From Candidatus Omnitrophota bacterium (GTDB lineage: Bacteria > Omnitrophota > Gorgyraeia > Zapsychrales > Fredricksoniimonadaceae): 64,000 nt of DNA. This document shows positions 49,807 through 60,325 of this stretch, piece by piece. The position numbers and the translations under genes were made by a program. The stretch is from the NCBI GenBank assembly GCA_015233165.1, contig JADFYF010000002.1, positions 14,517-78,516 on the forward strand, written 5' to 3'. The first letter of the stretch is position 1. The number at the start of each line of letters is the position of its first letter. The notes beneath the pieces were generated by a model. It searched no databases. It was not told the DNA's origin and was given only the letters and a program-made list of their open reading frames with translations.

Positions 49807-51834
49807 ATGAAGTATTGGGTATTGGTTCTAAGTTTGCTATTTGTGTCTAAGGTTTACGCCGACGAATTGGATTTGAATCCCATTGTCGTGACAACACCGT
49901 TTCGTTATGAAGAGGAGTTAAACAAGACGGTATCGCAGGTGAGGGTGATTACTCAACAGGACATTAAAGAATCCAATGCCAATAAGGTGATTGATGTTCT
50001 AAGAACCATCGAAGGGATTACGGTCCGTGATATTCTTGGCAACGGAACGCAAGCCGTGGTGGATATGGCTGGTTTTGGGGAACAGGGGGCGCTGAATGTG
50101 TTGGTTCTAGTCGATGGTCGTCGGGCTAACAGTGTAGATTTAAGCGGGATGGATTGGAATCAGGTCCCGTTAGACCAAGTCGAGAGGATTGAAGTTATTC
50201 AGGGAGGTTCCATCGGTGTTTTGTATGGGGACAATGCTTCTGGCGGTGCTATTAATATCATTACCAAGAAAGGAAATGGCAAAACGAAAGGAACAGTTTC
50301 CACCGAGGTGGGTAGCTATGGTTTAAACAAAGAGAAGCTATCCTTGCAGGGAGGAGGACTTGATAACAAACTGTCCTATTGGATCAGCACAGGAAGAGAT
50401 GCGGCTAATGGGTATCGTCATAACTCTTATGACAAGGACAGCGATTTTGCTTCCAAGGTCACCTATGATTTGACGGAGGATTTAAAAATTCATTTTAATT
50501 CTGGATTTCACGCATCCACCTATGGGGAATCCGGCGCTGTTTTTCAGGATAATATTGATAAAGATGGCCGAAGAGCGACTCGCAAAGCCAATGATCACGC
50601 TAATAATAAAGATTATTATTTTGTAACGGGTGTCACCCGTGATTTTCATGAACGGGGCAAGTTAGATACGGATTTTTCTTATCGGCGTACAGTCACCGAT
50701 GCGTACTCGTTGAGTTCTGGTTTATATACCCGCAGGAATCAAATCTTAACCTATGGTGTAACGCCCAAATATACGTTGGCTCATAGCGTATTCGACAAAG
50801 ATAACAAGTTGATCGCGGGCATCGACTTCTATAGAACTTTCTTTAATTCGGATAATTACGATATAGCGACGGATCAGGGTCTTGAGGATCTGACGAGGAT
50901 TCATAAAACGTCGATCGCCGGTTATGTGCAAGATGAGCTTTCTATTTTGGAACCACTAGTACTGGTCAGTGGGTATCGTTATGAAATGGCGCGCTACACC
51001 TTTAATTACCATGATAATTCCGGATATAATCCTGATATCGACGATAAACAGATTCCTAAGATGCAGACGTATAATGCGGGGCTTGTCTATACGTATGCCC
51101 CGGATTCCAACGTATTTCTTAATGCCAGTAAAACGTTTCGGTTTGTCGAGGTGGATGAGTTTACGTCTCAGGATGAGAATTTTGTGCAACAACTAAATAC
51201 CAGCTTAAAGCCTCAGTCATCCATCAATTATCAAGCAGGGATCAGGCATACCTTTTCCAAAGGTTTCAAGGGGGCTGTTTCTGTGTTTAGGATGAATGTT
51301 CATAATGAATTGTATCTCAATGCGGCGGGCGGCCCGACGGGATTCGGGGATAATGAAAACTATGGTCATACTGTTCATGAAGGACTAGAGGCCTCCTCGG
51401 AAGTTAAGGTTACCCATTGGATGAACGTGTGGGGTAACTATACCTTGACCAAGGCGTATTTTGATGGCGGATTATTTAAGAACAATGATATTCCGATGGT
51501 TCCTCGTCATAAAGCAAGTCTGGGATTGAGGTTCTTGTTACCTGGGGATTTTACGTTTAATGGGATAGGAAATTACGTGGGGCAGAGGTCTCTTCTTAAT
51601 GATCAGGCGAATCATTATTCTCGTCTGAATGGGTATCTGACCGTGGATATGAATTTATCGTGGACGCATAAGGATTGGACCATTACGTTTGGCGTGAATA
51701 ATGTGTTAGATAAGCAATATTCAGAAGTCGCCGGCGTGCTGTTAAATCCCAGTGGCAGTCATCCTATCGGAGAGAGGTTTTATTATCCATCGCCGGAAAG
51801 AAACTATAATCTAAAGGTGGATTATCGATTCTAA
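49807..51834 (+). CDS. btuB: TonB-dependent receptor, probable cobalamin transporter
   Basis: Signal peptide, TonB box PIVVT, plug (VLVLVDGR, ERIEVIQG, LYGDNASGGAINIITK), C-terminal YRF; B12 riboswitch upstream. Confidence 0.8.
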   Translation: MKYWVLVLSLLFVSKVYADELDLNPIVVTTPFRYEEELNKTVSQVRVITQQDIKESNANKVIDVLRTIEGITVRDILGNGTQAVVDMAGFGEQGALNVLVLVDGRRANSVDLSGMDWNQVPLDQVERIEVIQGGSIGVLYGDNASGGAINIITKKGNGKTKGTVSTEVGSYGLNKEKLSLQGGGLDNKLSYWISTGRDAANGYRHNSYDKDSDFASKVTYDLTEDLKIHFNSGFHASTYGESGAVFQDNIDKDGRRATRKANDHANNKDYYFVTGVTRDFHERGKLDTDFSYRRTVTDAYSLSSGLYTRRNQILTYGVTPKYTLAHSVFDKDNKLIAGIDFYRTFFNSDNYDIATDQGLEDLTRIHKTSIAGYVQDELSILEPLVLVSGYRYEMARYTFNYHDNSGYNPDIDDKQIPKMQTYNAGLVYTYAPDSNVFLNASKTFRFVEVDEFTSQDENFVQQLNTSLKPQSSINYQAGIRHTFSKGFKGAVSVFRMNVHNELYLNAAGGPTGFGDNENYGHTVHEGLEASSEVKVTHWMNVWGNYTLTKAYFDGGLFKNNDIPMVPRHKASLGLRFLLPGDFTFNGIGNYVGQRSLLNDQANHYSRLNGYLTVDMNLSWTHKDWTITFGVNNVLDKQYSEVAGVLLNPSGSHPIGERFYYPSPERNYNLKVDYRF

Positions 51835-51841
51835 GAGGAAG

Positions 51842-52693
51842 TTATTTGCTGATTTTCTTGAGAACAATATTCGTCGGAGAGAGTTTGTTTAGAGTATAAA
51901 AATGCAAGCCGGGGGCTCCTTTGTCAAGGAGTTCCTGGCATTGCTGGGTTGCAAATTGAATACCTGCTTTTAGAGTTTCCTCTGGATTGTCAGCCAAAGG
52001 TTTAAAGATAGCATGAACGGCCTCTGGAATAGACGCCCCGCAAACCCCACAGAATCTCACCAGCGCATTGTAATCGGTGATCGTTAAGATTCCAGGAAGC
52101 ACAGGTTTGTTAACGCCTAACTTTTTCAGACGGGACACATAATCAAAATAATCCTGATTGTTAAAGAACAGCTGGGTGATGATAAAGTCAGCGCCAGCGT
52201 CGATCTTTGCCTTTAGGTATTGAGCATCTAAGTCGCGATTAGGAGCCAGGATATGTCCTTCCGGAAAACCAGCCACCCCAATTTTGAAGTACGAACCAAA
52301 ATGCTTACGGATAAAGGCCACTAACTCACAGCTGTACTGAAAATTCTCCGGACCTGGTGTCCAATGGGGATTATCTTTAGGAGGATCTCCCCGTAAGGCC
52401 AGAACATGGCTAATCCCGCGACTTTTCATATCCTGCAGAATCGATTTTATTTCATCCTTGGTATGCAGGACACAGGTGAGGTGAGCAATCGCCGGAACAT
52501 CATGCTGGTTCTGGATATATTCGACGATATCCAACGTCTTCCCCCGACTACTGCCACCAGCGCCATAGGTGCAGGAGATAAAGCTAGGTTTTAAAGCAGA
52601 GAGCTGTTCAATAACATTGAGAAGTTTTAGATGCCCCTCTTCTGTTTTAGGAGGGAAAAGTTCAAAGGAATAACTAAAAGGTGATTTATTCAT
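51842..52693 (-). CDS. metF: 5,10-methylenetetrahydrofolate reductase
   Basis: SFELFPPK, TYGAGG, AHLTC, LALRGDPP, AGFPEGH, ITQLFF, LHFYTLN. Confidence 0.95.
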   Translation of the reverse strand: MNKSPFSYSFELFPPKTEEGHLKLLNVIEQLSALKPSFISCTYGAGGSSRGKTLDIVEYIQNQHDVPAIAHLTCVLHTKDEIKSILQDMKSRGISHVLALRGDPPKDNPHWTPGPENFQYSCELVAFIRKHFGSYFKIGVAGFPEGHILAPNRDLDAQYLKAKIDAGADFIITQLFFNNQDYFDYVSRLKKLGVNKPVLPGILTITDYNALVRFCGVCGASIPEAVHAIFKPLADNPEETLKAGIQFATQQCQELLDKGAPGLHFYTLNKLSPTNIVLKKISK

Positions 52694-52760
52694 AGATGGT
52701 TAATATAGCAGATTTATTTAAAAGGAGGATGGGATTTTTTGATCACATAGAAAGTTAAAA

Positions 52761-54209
52761 TCAATGGCGTTGATAAACAGACCAGAATTTACTATGAAAC
52801 TCTTCTGTCCATGTTCTCATATCAGAGGCATTAATTTTTTCAAATCGAGAGGAGGAGACAAACATTTTACAGTCAGTTCTTAAAGGTAACTGAAGCGAAA
52901 GAACATATTTAAAAGGTTTAAGATTAAGGTTCCACCATCGATTGGCATGTTGAGGAATCGCGTAGGAAGCTTCATTGGCATTACAACACACATTTTCTTG
53001 ACGATCAAGATCTTGAAAGTCGGGGTTATTTTTGATCCACGTCCATAAACCTTGAGTATTTTGATGGTAGGTGGCTTCTCGATGAAGAGCGTAGAAACAG
53101 ACGGCTATATTTAATAAGCAAACGAATGAGACGAGAAGGATGGTTGGAGGTAATTTCAGTTGTTCAATTCTAGAGGATAGAATGATGGTTAGTATCAAGG
53201 CAAAGAATATTCCTAAGGGGCCGGCATAATAAGACGTCACATTCCAGGGCAAAAGAATCCCAAGAAAGAAGATGTAAGAAAGGGCCCCTAAAAGCAGGCC
53301 ATAACGCTCTAAAGAGGTGAATGAACAATGTTTTTTGTTTGTGGGGTTTTTTAACAAAAGCCAGATAGCAGCGATTATCCAGGGCAGATGGTTAAGGAAG
53401 TCTTTTTTAAACCAAGTTGATAAATTTGAGATGATTGCTGGAAAATTATTTAAAGAGTAAGTGCTAGTATAACCTTTACTGACGATCAGTTTTAGAAAAA
53501 GACCATAGCAGACCCCTAAAAGTATTAGTAATAATCCACTGATTAAAGAGACTCGTTTTGAGGTTTTTCTATTTAATCCCCACCAAATACAACTACTCCC
53601 TAACGCTAGAATACCAACAAAGAAGGTTTCTTTTGCGCCTAATGCCAGAATAATTTCTAAGAAAGCTATGATGGACCATATTATTTTCTGGGAGGAGGAT
53701 AATCGATCATTTTGAAGAGAGGTGATTGTCAAGAAGCTGAGGCCTAGAAAAAGCAGTCCTGTGTTTTCTTGGGTGGTCAGAAAAAAGAACTGGTCATAAA
53801 GATAGTGAAAAGACAGCGATATAGCTGGAATTAATAAAAAGGCAATTGATCGACGGGTGATCTGGTAGGCTAATGCCCCGTAGACTAAGAACATGGCAAT
53901 AACCTGGCTCCATTTGAAGATATGAAAACCATTAGGGTTATCTGCAAATATTTTATAGAAGATTCCACAGTAAAGAGAATGAGTCCACTTTAATTCCCCG
54001 AAGGCATAGTAATCTTGGAAAATGGATAATGATCGCTGCCAGATGCTGCCTGATCGGTTTAAAAGGCCAAGATCATCCATGAGTCCCCAGGACCAGGTGG
54101 AGCTTATAAAGGAATATAGGATCATGAATAGGGGGATCATCGAGGGGAGGATCCAGAGTAAAAGAGTTCTTTTTTGTGATAGGATAGGGGTCGATATGTT
54201 TTGATTCAT
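52761..54209 (-). CDS. Polytopic membrane protein (GT-C-like, uncharacterised)
   Basis: Many TM segments, DD after the first TM (GLMDD), AKE motif, soluble C-terminus. Confidence 0.55.
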   Translation of the reverse strand: MNQNISTPILSQKRTLLLWILPSMIPLFMILYSFISSTWSWGLMDDLGLLNRSGSIWQRSLSIFQDYYAFGELKWTHSLYCGIFYKIFADNPNGFHIFKWSQVIAMFLVYGALAYQITRRSIAFLLIPAISLSFHYLYDQFFFLTTQENTGLLFLGLSFLTITSLQNDRLSSSQKIIWSIIAFLEIILALGAKETFFVGILALGSSCIWWGLNRKTSKRVSLISGLLLILLGVCYGLFLKLIVSKGYTSTYSLNNFPAIISNLSTWFKKDFLNHLPWIIAAIWLLLKNPTNKKHCSFTSLERYGLLLGALSYIFFLGILLPWNVTSYYAGPLGIFFALILTIILSSRIEQLKLPPTILLVSFVCLLNIAVCFYALHREATYHQNTQGLWTWIKNNPDFQDLDRQENVCCNANEASYAIPQHANRWWNLNLKPFKYVLSLQLPLRTDCKMFVSSSRFEKINASDMRTWTEEFHSKFWSVYQRH

Positions 54210-54265
54210 CGAAGAGATTTTATTACGTTCTTTCTGATTGAATTATTACAGGAGATCTTTTAATA

Positions 54266-55333
54266 TTGGCTAGCTTATCAAGAGGAGAAATATTAATCAA
54301 GGAAAGGCAAGGATTTCTATTGAAGGAGAATAGCCCCGCCATCAACGTCATTCGAGGAATAGCCATTGTTTTGGTCGTGGCTGGCCATGTGATTCAACGT
54401 ACGATGAGTATTAACGGGGAAGATTTTTTTCTTAATCCTGTCTTTAAGATCATTTACACCTTTCACATGCCTCTTTTTTTCTTTATCAGTGGATTTGTGA
54501 TGGCCTTTAGTTTAAATAGGCAAACACCTTGGGAGGTTCTTAAAAAAAGATATCGAAGCCTTTGTGTCCCATTGTTGTCTTGGGGGATCTTGGGAGTTGT
54601 CGGCAGCTATTATCTTCATCTATCCTCAGATCTTTCTGTTTGGTTTATCTGGTTCTTATTTACGTTATTTATATCGAGCTGTATTTTACTGTGCTCAGTC
54701 CAATTCGAAAGAAGATTAGGACTTTGGGCTTTTGGGGGGATGTACTTAATAATCTTGATTCTTCCCTATAATCATTATTTCTATCTGTATTTTATTCAAT
54801 GGTTTTATGTGTTCTATCTGGCGGGGTATTTCTTTAATCGCTATGGAATGAATGGTATTAGTCAGCGAGGAGGTTTGGGTGCTTTCTTAGTAGCATTGAT
54901 TGTATTTTCCTGGCTAAGTTCTTTGTGGACAAAGAATGATTATATTTATATCCATCAAATGAACTTCACAGCTCATAACTACGTTTTTGAGATTTTAAGA
55001 ATGGGTTACAGGTATGTCCTTGGATTTTTAGGTATCTTCATGACCTTTATGGTGGGGCATGGGATGGCCAAAAGGAAGATTGGGCTAATTTTTGGATATA
55101 TTGGTATCTTTTCTTTGGATATTTATTTAATTCAAAGGTATATTGTCGAGAGTCTTTATCCTAGTTTATTGGGTAAATTGCATTTGAATTTTGATTGTAA
55201 TGGGCCGTTGTTTCTTGGCATCTACGTTCCCTTGATGGCTATGTTTTTTGTGAGCATGTGTTTATTAATTTCTAAATTTTTAATTAGAAAGAACGAATTG
55301 TTAAACAGGTTCTTATTGGGTGGTCGAAGGTAG
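54266..55333 (+). CDS. Acyltransferase-3 family (OafA/NolL-like) membrane O-acyltransferase
   Basis: INVIRGIAIVLVVAGH, FHMPLFFFISG, WFL, SLDIYL. Start may be TTG 54320. Confidence 0.88.
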   Translation: MASLSRGEILIKERQGFLLKENSPAINVIRGIAIVLVVAGHVIQRTMSINGEDFFLNPVFKIIYTFHMPLFFFISGFVMAFSLNRQTPWEVLKKRYRSLCVPLLSWGILGVVGSYYLHLSSDLSVWFIWFLFTLFISSCILLCSVQFERRLGLWAFGGMYLIILILPYNHYFYLYFIQWFYVFYLAGYFFNRYGMNGISQRGGLGAFLVALIVFSWLSSLWTKNDYIYIHQMNFTAHNYVFEILRMGYRYVLGFLGIFMTFMVGHGMAKRKIGLIFGYIGIFSLDIYLIQRYIVESLYPSLLGKLHLNFDCNGPLFLGIYVPLMAMFFVSMCLLISKFLIRKNELLNRFLLGGRR

Positions 55334-55335
55334 TC

Positions 55336-56565
55336 ATGTTTAAAGATTATTATTATCAATTAAGAGATAAGCAATACCGTTATTTTATCCCTGAGGGAAA
55401 GAGGGTCTTAAAGGTGGATCCTTATGGTCAGCATAAGGATATCGCCCAAGGAGAGATGTTTGATTATATTGTTCTAGCCGGAACGGTGGGTACGCTCAAG
55501 GATATTCAAGCCTATTTGCAAGATCTACGTCGCTATTGCCATAAAGATACCCGTGTGATCATTGAGTATTACAGTTATCTTTGGCAGTATCTTTTAAAAT
55601 TAGGGGAGACCATAAAGATTAAGCGACCCGAAAAGATTCAAAATTGGGTGACGTGGCAGGATATTTTTAATTTTCTTCGCTTAGCCGGCTATGAGCCTAT
55701 CAAGCAAGATCGTTGCACCCTTTTTCCTTTTTATATTCCACTCATCAGTTATCTGACGAATAAATACCTCGCCAAATTGCCTATCTTTAATGCGTTAACA
55801 CTTAATCATTTCATTATTGCCAGACCCCTGTTTGAATCCCAACAGGAATATTCTTCGACGATCTTAGTGCCGTGTCGTAATGAACGCGGGAATATTGAGG
55901 CGGCCATTACAAGAACTCCTGAGTTTGGAACTCATCAGGAATTCATTTTTGTTGAAGGTCATTCTCAGGATGGCACCTATGAGGAAGTTGAAAGAATTAT
56001 TAAACTCTATCCGAATAAGGACATTAAGTTGTTTCGGCAAACAGGCAAAGGAAAAGGAGATGCCGTGCGTCTGGGGTTTGATAAGGCTCAGGGAGACATT
56101 CTTATGATTCTGGATGCGGATTTAACAGTGCCTCCGGAAGATATGCCCAAGTTTTATGAAGCGATTCGAAGCGGTAAGGGCGAGTTTATCAATGGCTGCC
56201 GTTTGGTCTATCCCATGGAAGATGAGGCGATGCGTTTATTGAATTTGATTGCCAATAAATGCTTTGGTTTATTTTTCTCGTGGCTATTGGGACAGCGTTT
56301 CAAGGACACGCTCTGTGGCACCAAGGTGATGTTTAAACATCAGTATCAGGAGCTGGTCGCTAATCGTCATTATTTTGGAGATTTTGATCCTTTTGGGGAT
56401 TTTGATTTAATTTTTGGGGCTGTGAAACTGAATTTAAAAGTGATCGAACTGCCCATCCGCTACAAGAGTCGTCAATATGGTACCACCCAAATTCAACGTT
56501 TTCGTCATGGACTACTGCTGCTTCGCATGTGTGCTTTTGCCATGAAGAAAATCAAATTCATTTGA
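55336..56565 (+). CDS. GT2 glycosyltransferase (polyprenol-phosphate sugar synthase-like) with remnant methyltransferase-like N-domain
   Basis: VPCRNERGNI, EGHSQDGT, GKGDAV, ILDADL, DTLCGTK, R+YG+T+I motifs. Confidence 0.85.
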   Translation: MFKDYYYQLRDKQYRYFIPEGKRVLKVDPYGQHKDIAQGEMFDYIVLAGTVGTLKDIQAYLQDLRRYCHKDTRVIIEYYSYLWQYLLKLGETIKIKRPEKIQNWVTWQDIFNFLRLAGYEPIKQDRCTLFPFYIPLISYLTNKYLAKLPIFNALTLNHFIIARPLFESQQEYSSTILVPCRNERGNIEAAITRTPEFGTHQEFIFVEGHSQDGTYEEVERIIKLYPNKDIKLFRQTGKGKGDAVRLGFDKAQGDILMILDADLTVPPEDMPKFYEAIRSGKGEFINGCRLVYPMEDEAMRLLNLIANKCFGLFFSWLLGQRFKDTLCGTKVMFKHQYQELVANRHYFGDFDPFGDFDLIFGAVKLNLKVIELPIRYKSRQYGTTQIQRFRHGLLLLRMCAFAMKKIKFI

Positions 56566-57731
56566 TGAACAATAAAGCGTTTATTTCTGCGGCTATCGTT
56601 TTTCTTCTTTGTCTTCTGATCGGATTTTGGATGGCACAACATAAACCGATATGGAATGATGAATTTTATACGGCTGTTTCAAGCGTTGATGCTCGATCCT
56701 ATGCGGATCAATTCCTAGGACATATTCCTGAAGGCAATAATACTCCGTTATTTTACGCCCTGCAAAAATCGTTGTGTCAGATGATTCATTATCATATTCC
56801 CGCTGTTTGGAAGACGGGTCAGTGGGATTCCAATCGACAAGCGCAGATTATTTTAAGAGTGATCCCTGTGCTTTGCATGTCGTTATCGATAGCATTGATA
56901 TTTTTCTATTTCGCACGAGGGTATTCTTTAGGTTGGGCGATCTATTCCTTATTTGTTTTTTTATCTTCTTACATGGCCTGGGCCTATTGGGCAGAGGCCA
57001 GACCTTATCCGCTGATTGTTTTGTTGACGACGGTACAGTCGCTGTTTTTCTTAAAAATAGTGAATCAACCCAAAGGGGAGACTCAGGGATGGAAATCTTT
57101 AGCAGTGGTTCACCTCTTATTAGCCTTCACTTTTATCTTTAGTATAGGACAAATTGTCGCTGCATCGTTGATGTTATGGGTTAAGCAGCAGCGCAGCTGG
57201 AAGAAATATCTTTTCTGGACTGTTCTTCCCGTAGGTATTGCGCTTTTCTATTACAGTCATGCCCCCAGGTATCCCTTTTATTTTGGTTTAAGTCCGGAGC
57301 AGCTGATTCGTGATAATTTCTCGAGAGAACGATTTTATATTCTTTTTGTTTTTATCGTATTAGCAGCAGCCTATTGGCTTGGTGTGAAGAGATCGTGGAA
57401 GAGTTTTTTCATTAATCAGGAGATCAAGTCATCCATAACGTTTGTTTTCTTTACTGTCTTAACCTTGCTTGCAACAGCGGGAGTGTTGGGGTTATTTATG
57501 TTGCATCAGTGCCAGCCAGGGACAGGATTTCCAATTACAAGTCGCTATTTTATTTATCTTACGCCGATAGGAGTTATTGCGGCAACAGTCATGACTCGTT
57601 CGATTATTCATTCCTTATCTGGGTATCGATGGCTTCAGTGGATAATGATAGGAGCTATCGCGGTTTGGGTGATCCCAAGATTTTTCAAGATTGTTCCTAA
57701 AGCGATTCACTCCATCTTAGGGGGACAATAA
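56565..57731 (+). CDS. GT-C-type (PMT/ArnT-like) membrane glycosyltransferase, paralog 1
   Basis: PIWNDE after TM1, EGNNTPLFY, WAEARPY, SRY; ATG 56565 overlaps upstream TGA. Confidence 0.7.
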   Translation: MNNKAFISAAIVFLLCLLIGFWMAQHKPIWNDEFYTAVSSVDARSYADQFLGHIPEGNNTPLFYALQKSLCQMIHYHIPAVWKTGQWDSNRQAQIILRVIPVLCMSLSIALIFFYFARGYSLGWAIYSLFVFLSSYMAWAYWAEARPYPLIVLLTTVQSLFFLKIVNQPKGETQGWKSLAVVHLLLAFTFIFSIGQIVAASLMLWVKQQRSWKKYLFWTVLPVGIALFYYSHAPRYPFYFGLSPEQLIRDNFSRERFYILFVFIVLAAAYWLGVKRSWKSFFINQEIKSSITFVFFTVLTLLATAGVLGLFMLHQCQPGTGFPITSRYFIYLTPIGVIAATVMTRSIIHSLSGYRWLQWIMIGAIAVWVIPRFFKIVPKAIHSILGGQ

Positions 57732-58891
57732 TGAACCTTCTACGTGTTGGAACAGGATTTGTCCTTGCTGCAGCATTGACATTAGGTCTTTGGATGGCGG
57801 CGCATAGTCCGTTAGAAAATGATGAATATTATTCTCTGACAAGAAGTGTTATGAAGACTTCTTATGCACAAATGTTTAAAGGAAGCATTAATGAGGGTAA
57901 TAATTCGCCATTGTTTTATTTCTTACAAAAACTCCAGTGTAATATTTTCTTGTACCATCCATCCCAAGCCTGGATGGAGGGTCGCTGGGAGGGGGAAGAT
58001 GTTTTTTCGCAGGTTTTCTTAAGAGTACAATCGATATTTTGGATTGCTCTGGCCTTAAGCAGCGTATTTTATTTCTTTGCCAGTCGGTATTCTTTATGGG
58101 TAGGAGCATACGCTTTAATGGTCGCGTTATCTTCATCGATGCTGTGGTGTCACTGGACGGAGGCAAGGCCCTATGCCCTATGGTTTTGTTTAAGTATGTT
58201 TCAGGTTTTGATTTTATTGGAATTGTTTCAAGAAGCCAATAATCAGGAAGAGAAGGATTGGAAATGCTTAACGGTCGTTCATTGGCTTTTGGCCTTGACA
58301 GCTACCATCAGCATTATTCAAATGGCTGTGGCAGGTATTGTCCTTGCAATTTTCCGTCAGCGTCGATGGGTGACCACTGTGATTGCGTTTGGAATACCCA
58401 TGCTTGTCTGTCTGTTTTATTATGTCATGGCGCCTAAGTATCATTTCTTCTTTAAAGAAGGCCCTTTGGATTTAGTGAATGCGAATTTTCCTAAAGATCG
58501 ATTAATGATTCTTTTTATTTTCGCCTTGGTTCTTATTTATAAGTCATTACCAATCAAGGATTGGAGGAAGCAATTAGAGCTGAGATATTTTGTTTTTGTC
58601 ACTGTGATCATATTATTTTTCGTCCTTCTTTTAATGAAAATGCAGTGGAGTACGGCGGGTATTCCAAGAGGATTTCAAGTATCTAACCGTTATTTAATCC
58701 CCTTAGCTCCTGTAGGGATTGTGGCGACTACCTTGTTTTCGATGTATTTGGTTAAAGCCTTTCAGTCTCAATGGGTGAGGGCGATTGTTGTTTTGGTTTT
58801 ATTAGGATTTTTGATGTTTCGCATTCAAAAGACGATGACGGTTTGTCAGATGCCAGACGTATTGAAATTAAGAATTTTTTCAAGCAACTAG
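57731..58891 (+). CDS. GT-C-type (PMT/ArnT-like) membrane glycosyltransferase, paralog 2
   Basis: PLENDE, EGNNSPLFY, WTEARPY, NRY; colinear with the upstream gene. Confidence 0.7.
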   Translation: MNLLRVGTGFVLAAALTLGLWMAAHSPLENDEYYSLTRSVMKTSYAQMFKGSINEGNNSPLFYFLQKLQCNIFLYHPSQAWMEGRWEGEDVFSQVFLRVQSIFWIALALSSVFYFFASRYSLWVGAYALMVALSSSMLWCHWTEARPYALWFCLSMFQVLILLELFQEANNQEEKDWKCLTVVHWLLALTATISIIQMAVAGIVLAIFRQRRWVTTVIAFGIPMLVCLFYYVMAPKYHFFFKEGPLDLVNANFPKDRLMILFIFALVLIYKSLPIKDWRKQLELRYFVFVTVIILFFVLLLMKMQWSTAGIPRGFQVSNRYLIPLAPVGIVATTLFSMYLVKAFQSQWVRAIVVLVLLGFLMFRIQKTMTVCQMPDVLKLRIFSSN

Positions 58892-58924
58892 GGTCGTGCA
58901 AATAAAACTCTGCTTTAAAACCCC

Positions 58925-58969
58925 TTGACTTAAACAGGCTTACTTTTATAATGTTCAGAAATTGAACAT
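58925..58969 (+). promoter_or_regulatory. Promoter with overlapping palindromic operator
   Basis: TTGACT (58925-58930), 16 nt, TATAAT (58947-58952); perfect palindrome ATGTTCA-N5-TGAACAT (58951-58969). Confidence 0.7.
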
Positions 58970-58973
58970 AAAT

Positions 58974-59558
58974 ATGACGACACCTAAAGACTCCCTCAAC
59001 GAACGTGAATTTGAATTAGTCAATATCGTAGGTGCTGAATTGGCAGCCAATCAGAGAGATCTTTCCCGCCACATGAACATTTCCTTAGGAATGACCAACA
59101 TGCTCTTAAGACGTTTAGTCACTAAGGGTTATATCCGTATTAAACAACTGGATCGCCGTAAGGTTGAGTATCTTTTAACGCCTAAAGGATTCGCGGAGAA
59201 AATGCGTAAATCGATCCGTTACACGATGAAGACCATTGATTCGATCGGATTGATTCAGCAAGGCATTGTTCGATTAGTGCAGGATCTTTATAGCCAAGGT
59301 ATTCGTAAATTTTATTTATTGGGGAGTTCAGATCTAACAGTCTTAGTCGAAATGTCTTTGCGCAAAGAGCAATGGCAGGATTGTTCCTTCCTTAAGGTGG
59401 AATCTCCTTCCTTAGCCCAAGCAGACGGAGTTCTTTTGATCTGTCGTGAAGAGGCCCAGTTAAGAGTTCCTGAGGGTGTCCAGGTGGTCAATGTGGTTGA
59501 AGAATTGGCCAAAGATAATCTTGTGACTGGTAATAGTATGCCCATTGTTGCGGCGTAA
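58974..59558 (+). CDS. MarR-family (EPS-associated) winged-helix regulator
   Basis: NQRDLSRHMNISLGMTNMLLRRLVTKGYI...YLLTPKGFAEK; ATG 58974 preferred over TTG 58962, which lies inside the operator. Confidence 0.85.
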   Translation: MTTPKDSLNEREFELVNIVGAELAANQRDLSRHMNISLGMTNMLLRRLVTKGYIRIKQLDRRKVEYLLTPKGFAEKMRKSIRYTMKTIDSIGLIQQGIVRLVQDLYSQGIRKFYLLGSSDLTVLVEMSLRKEQWQDCSFLKVESPSLAQADGVLLICREEAQLRVPEGVQVVNVVEELAKDNLVTGNSMPIVAA

Positions 59559-59567
59559 GGAGATGAC

Positions 59568-60302
59568 ATGAAAGAACTTCTTGCTGAGATTGACAAGCTT
59601 CAAAAAGAAATTAACGCGATGAGGCCACTTTCGCCGCGAACACTGAAGCAATTAAAGGAGTATTATTGTGTTGGTTTAACTTATTCTAGTAATGCCATAG
59701 AAGGGAATTCTCTTACTGAGTCTGAGACAAAGATAATCTTAGAAGAAGGCATCACTATAGGAGGAAAGCCGCTGAAGGATCATTATGAAGTTATTGGGCA
59801 TGGGGAAGCCTACAATTATCTTTATACATTAGCCAAGAAAGAGATTTTTACAGAGGACGACCTAAAGCAGCTGCATAAATTCTTTTACCGGCGCATTAAT
59901 GAAGAAGAAGCAGGAGAATATCGAAAAGAAGCCGTGTTTATTTCCGGTTCTCACTATCCCATGCCAACACCAAAGAAGGTGCCAGTTTTGATGAAGGATT
60001 TTATTAAGAATATTAAAAGTGTCGGGGGAAAACGGCATCCGGTAGAGTATGCTGCTATGGCACATAAGGAGTTTGTATTTATTCATCCATTTATTGATGG
60101 CAACGGCAGGGTTGCAAGATTACTCATGAACCTCATACTTTTACAAAAAGGATACTGCTTGGCTATTATTCCTCCAATTCTTCGGATGGAGTATGTCAAG
60201 GCGTTAGAGAAGGCCCATACGGATGATAAGGAATTTGTACAATTTATTGCTAAGACGGTTCGGGAAACACAGAAGGATTACTTAAGGCTTTTTAAAGGAT
60301 AG
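59568..60302 (+). CDS. Fic family protein (class II, autoinhibited)
   Basis: HPFIDGNGRVARL catalytic motif; N-terminal SNAIEGN inhibitory motif. Confidence 0.92.
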   Translation: MKELLAEIDKLQKEINAMRPLSPRTLKQLKEYYCVGLTYSSNAIEGNSLTESETKIILEEGITIGGKPLKDHYEVIGHGEAYNYLYTLAKKEIFTEDDLKQLHKFFYRRINEEEAGEYRKEAVFISGSHYPMPTPKKVPVLMKDFIKNIKSVGGKRHPVEYAAMAHKEFVFIHPFIDGNGRVARLLMNLILLQKGYCLAIIPPILRMEYVKALEKAHTDDKEFVQFIAKTVRETQKDYLRLFKG

Positions 60303-60325
60303 TTTTTTTCAGAGGGAGGTGAACC

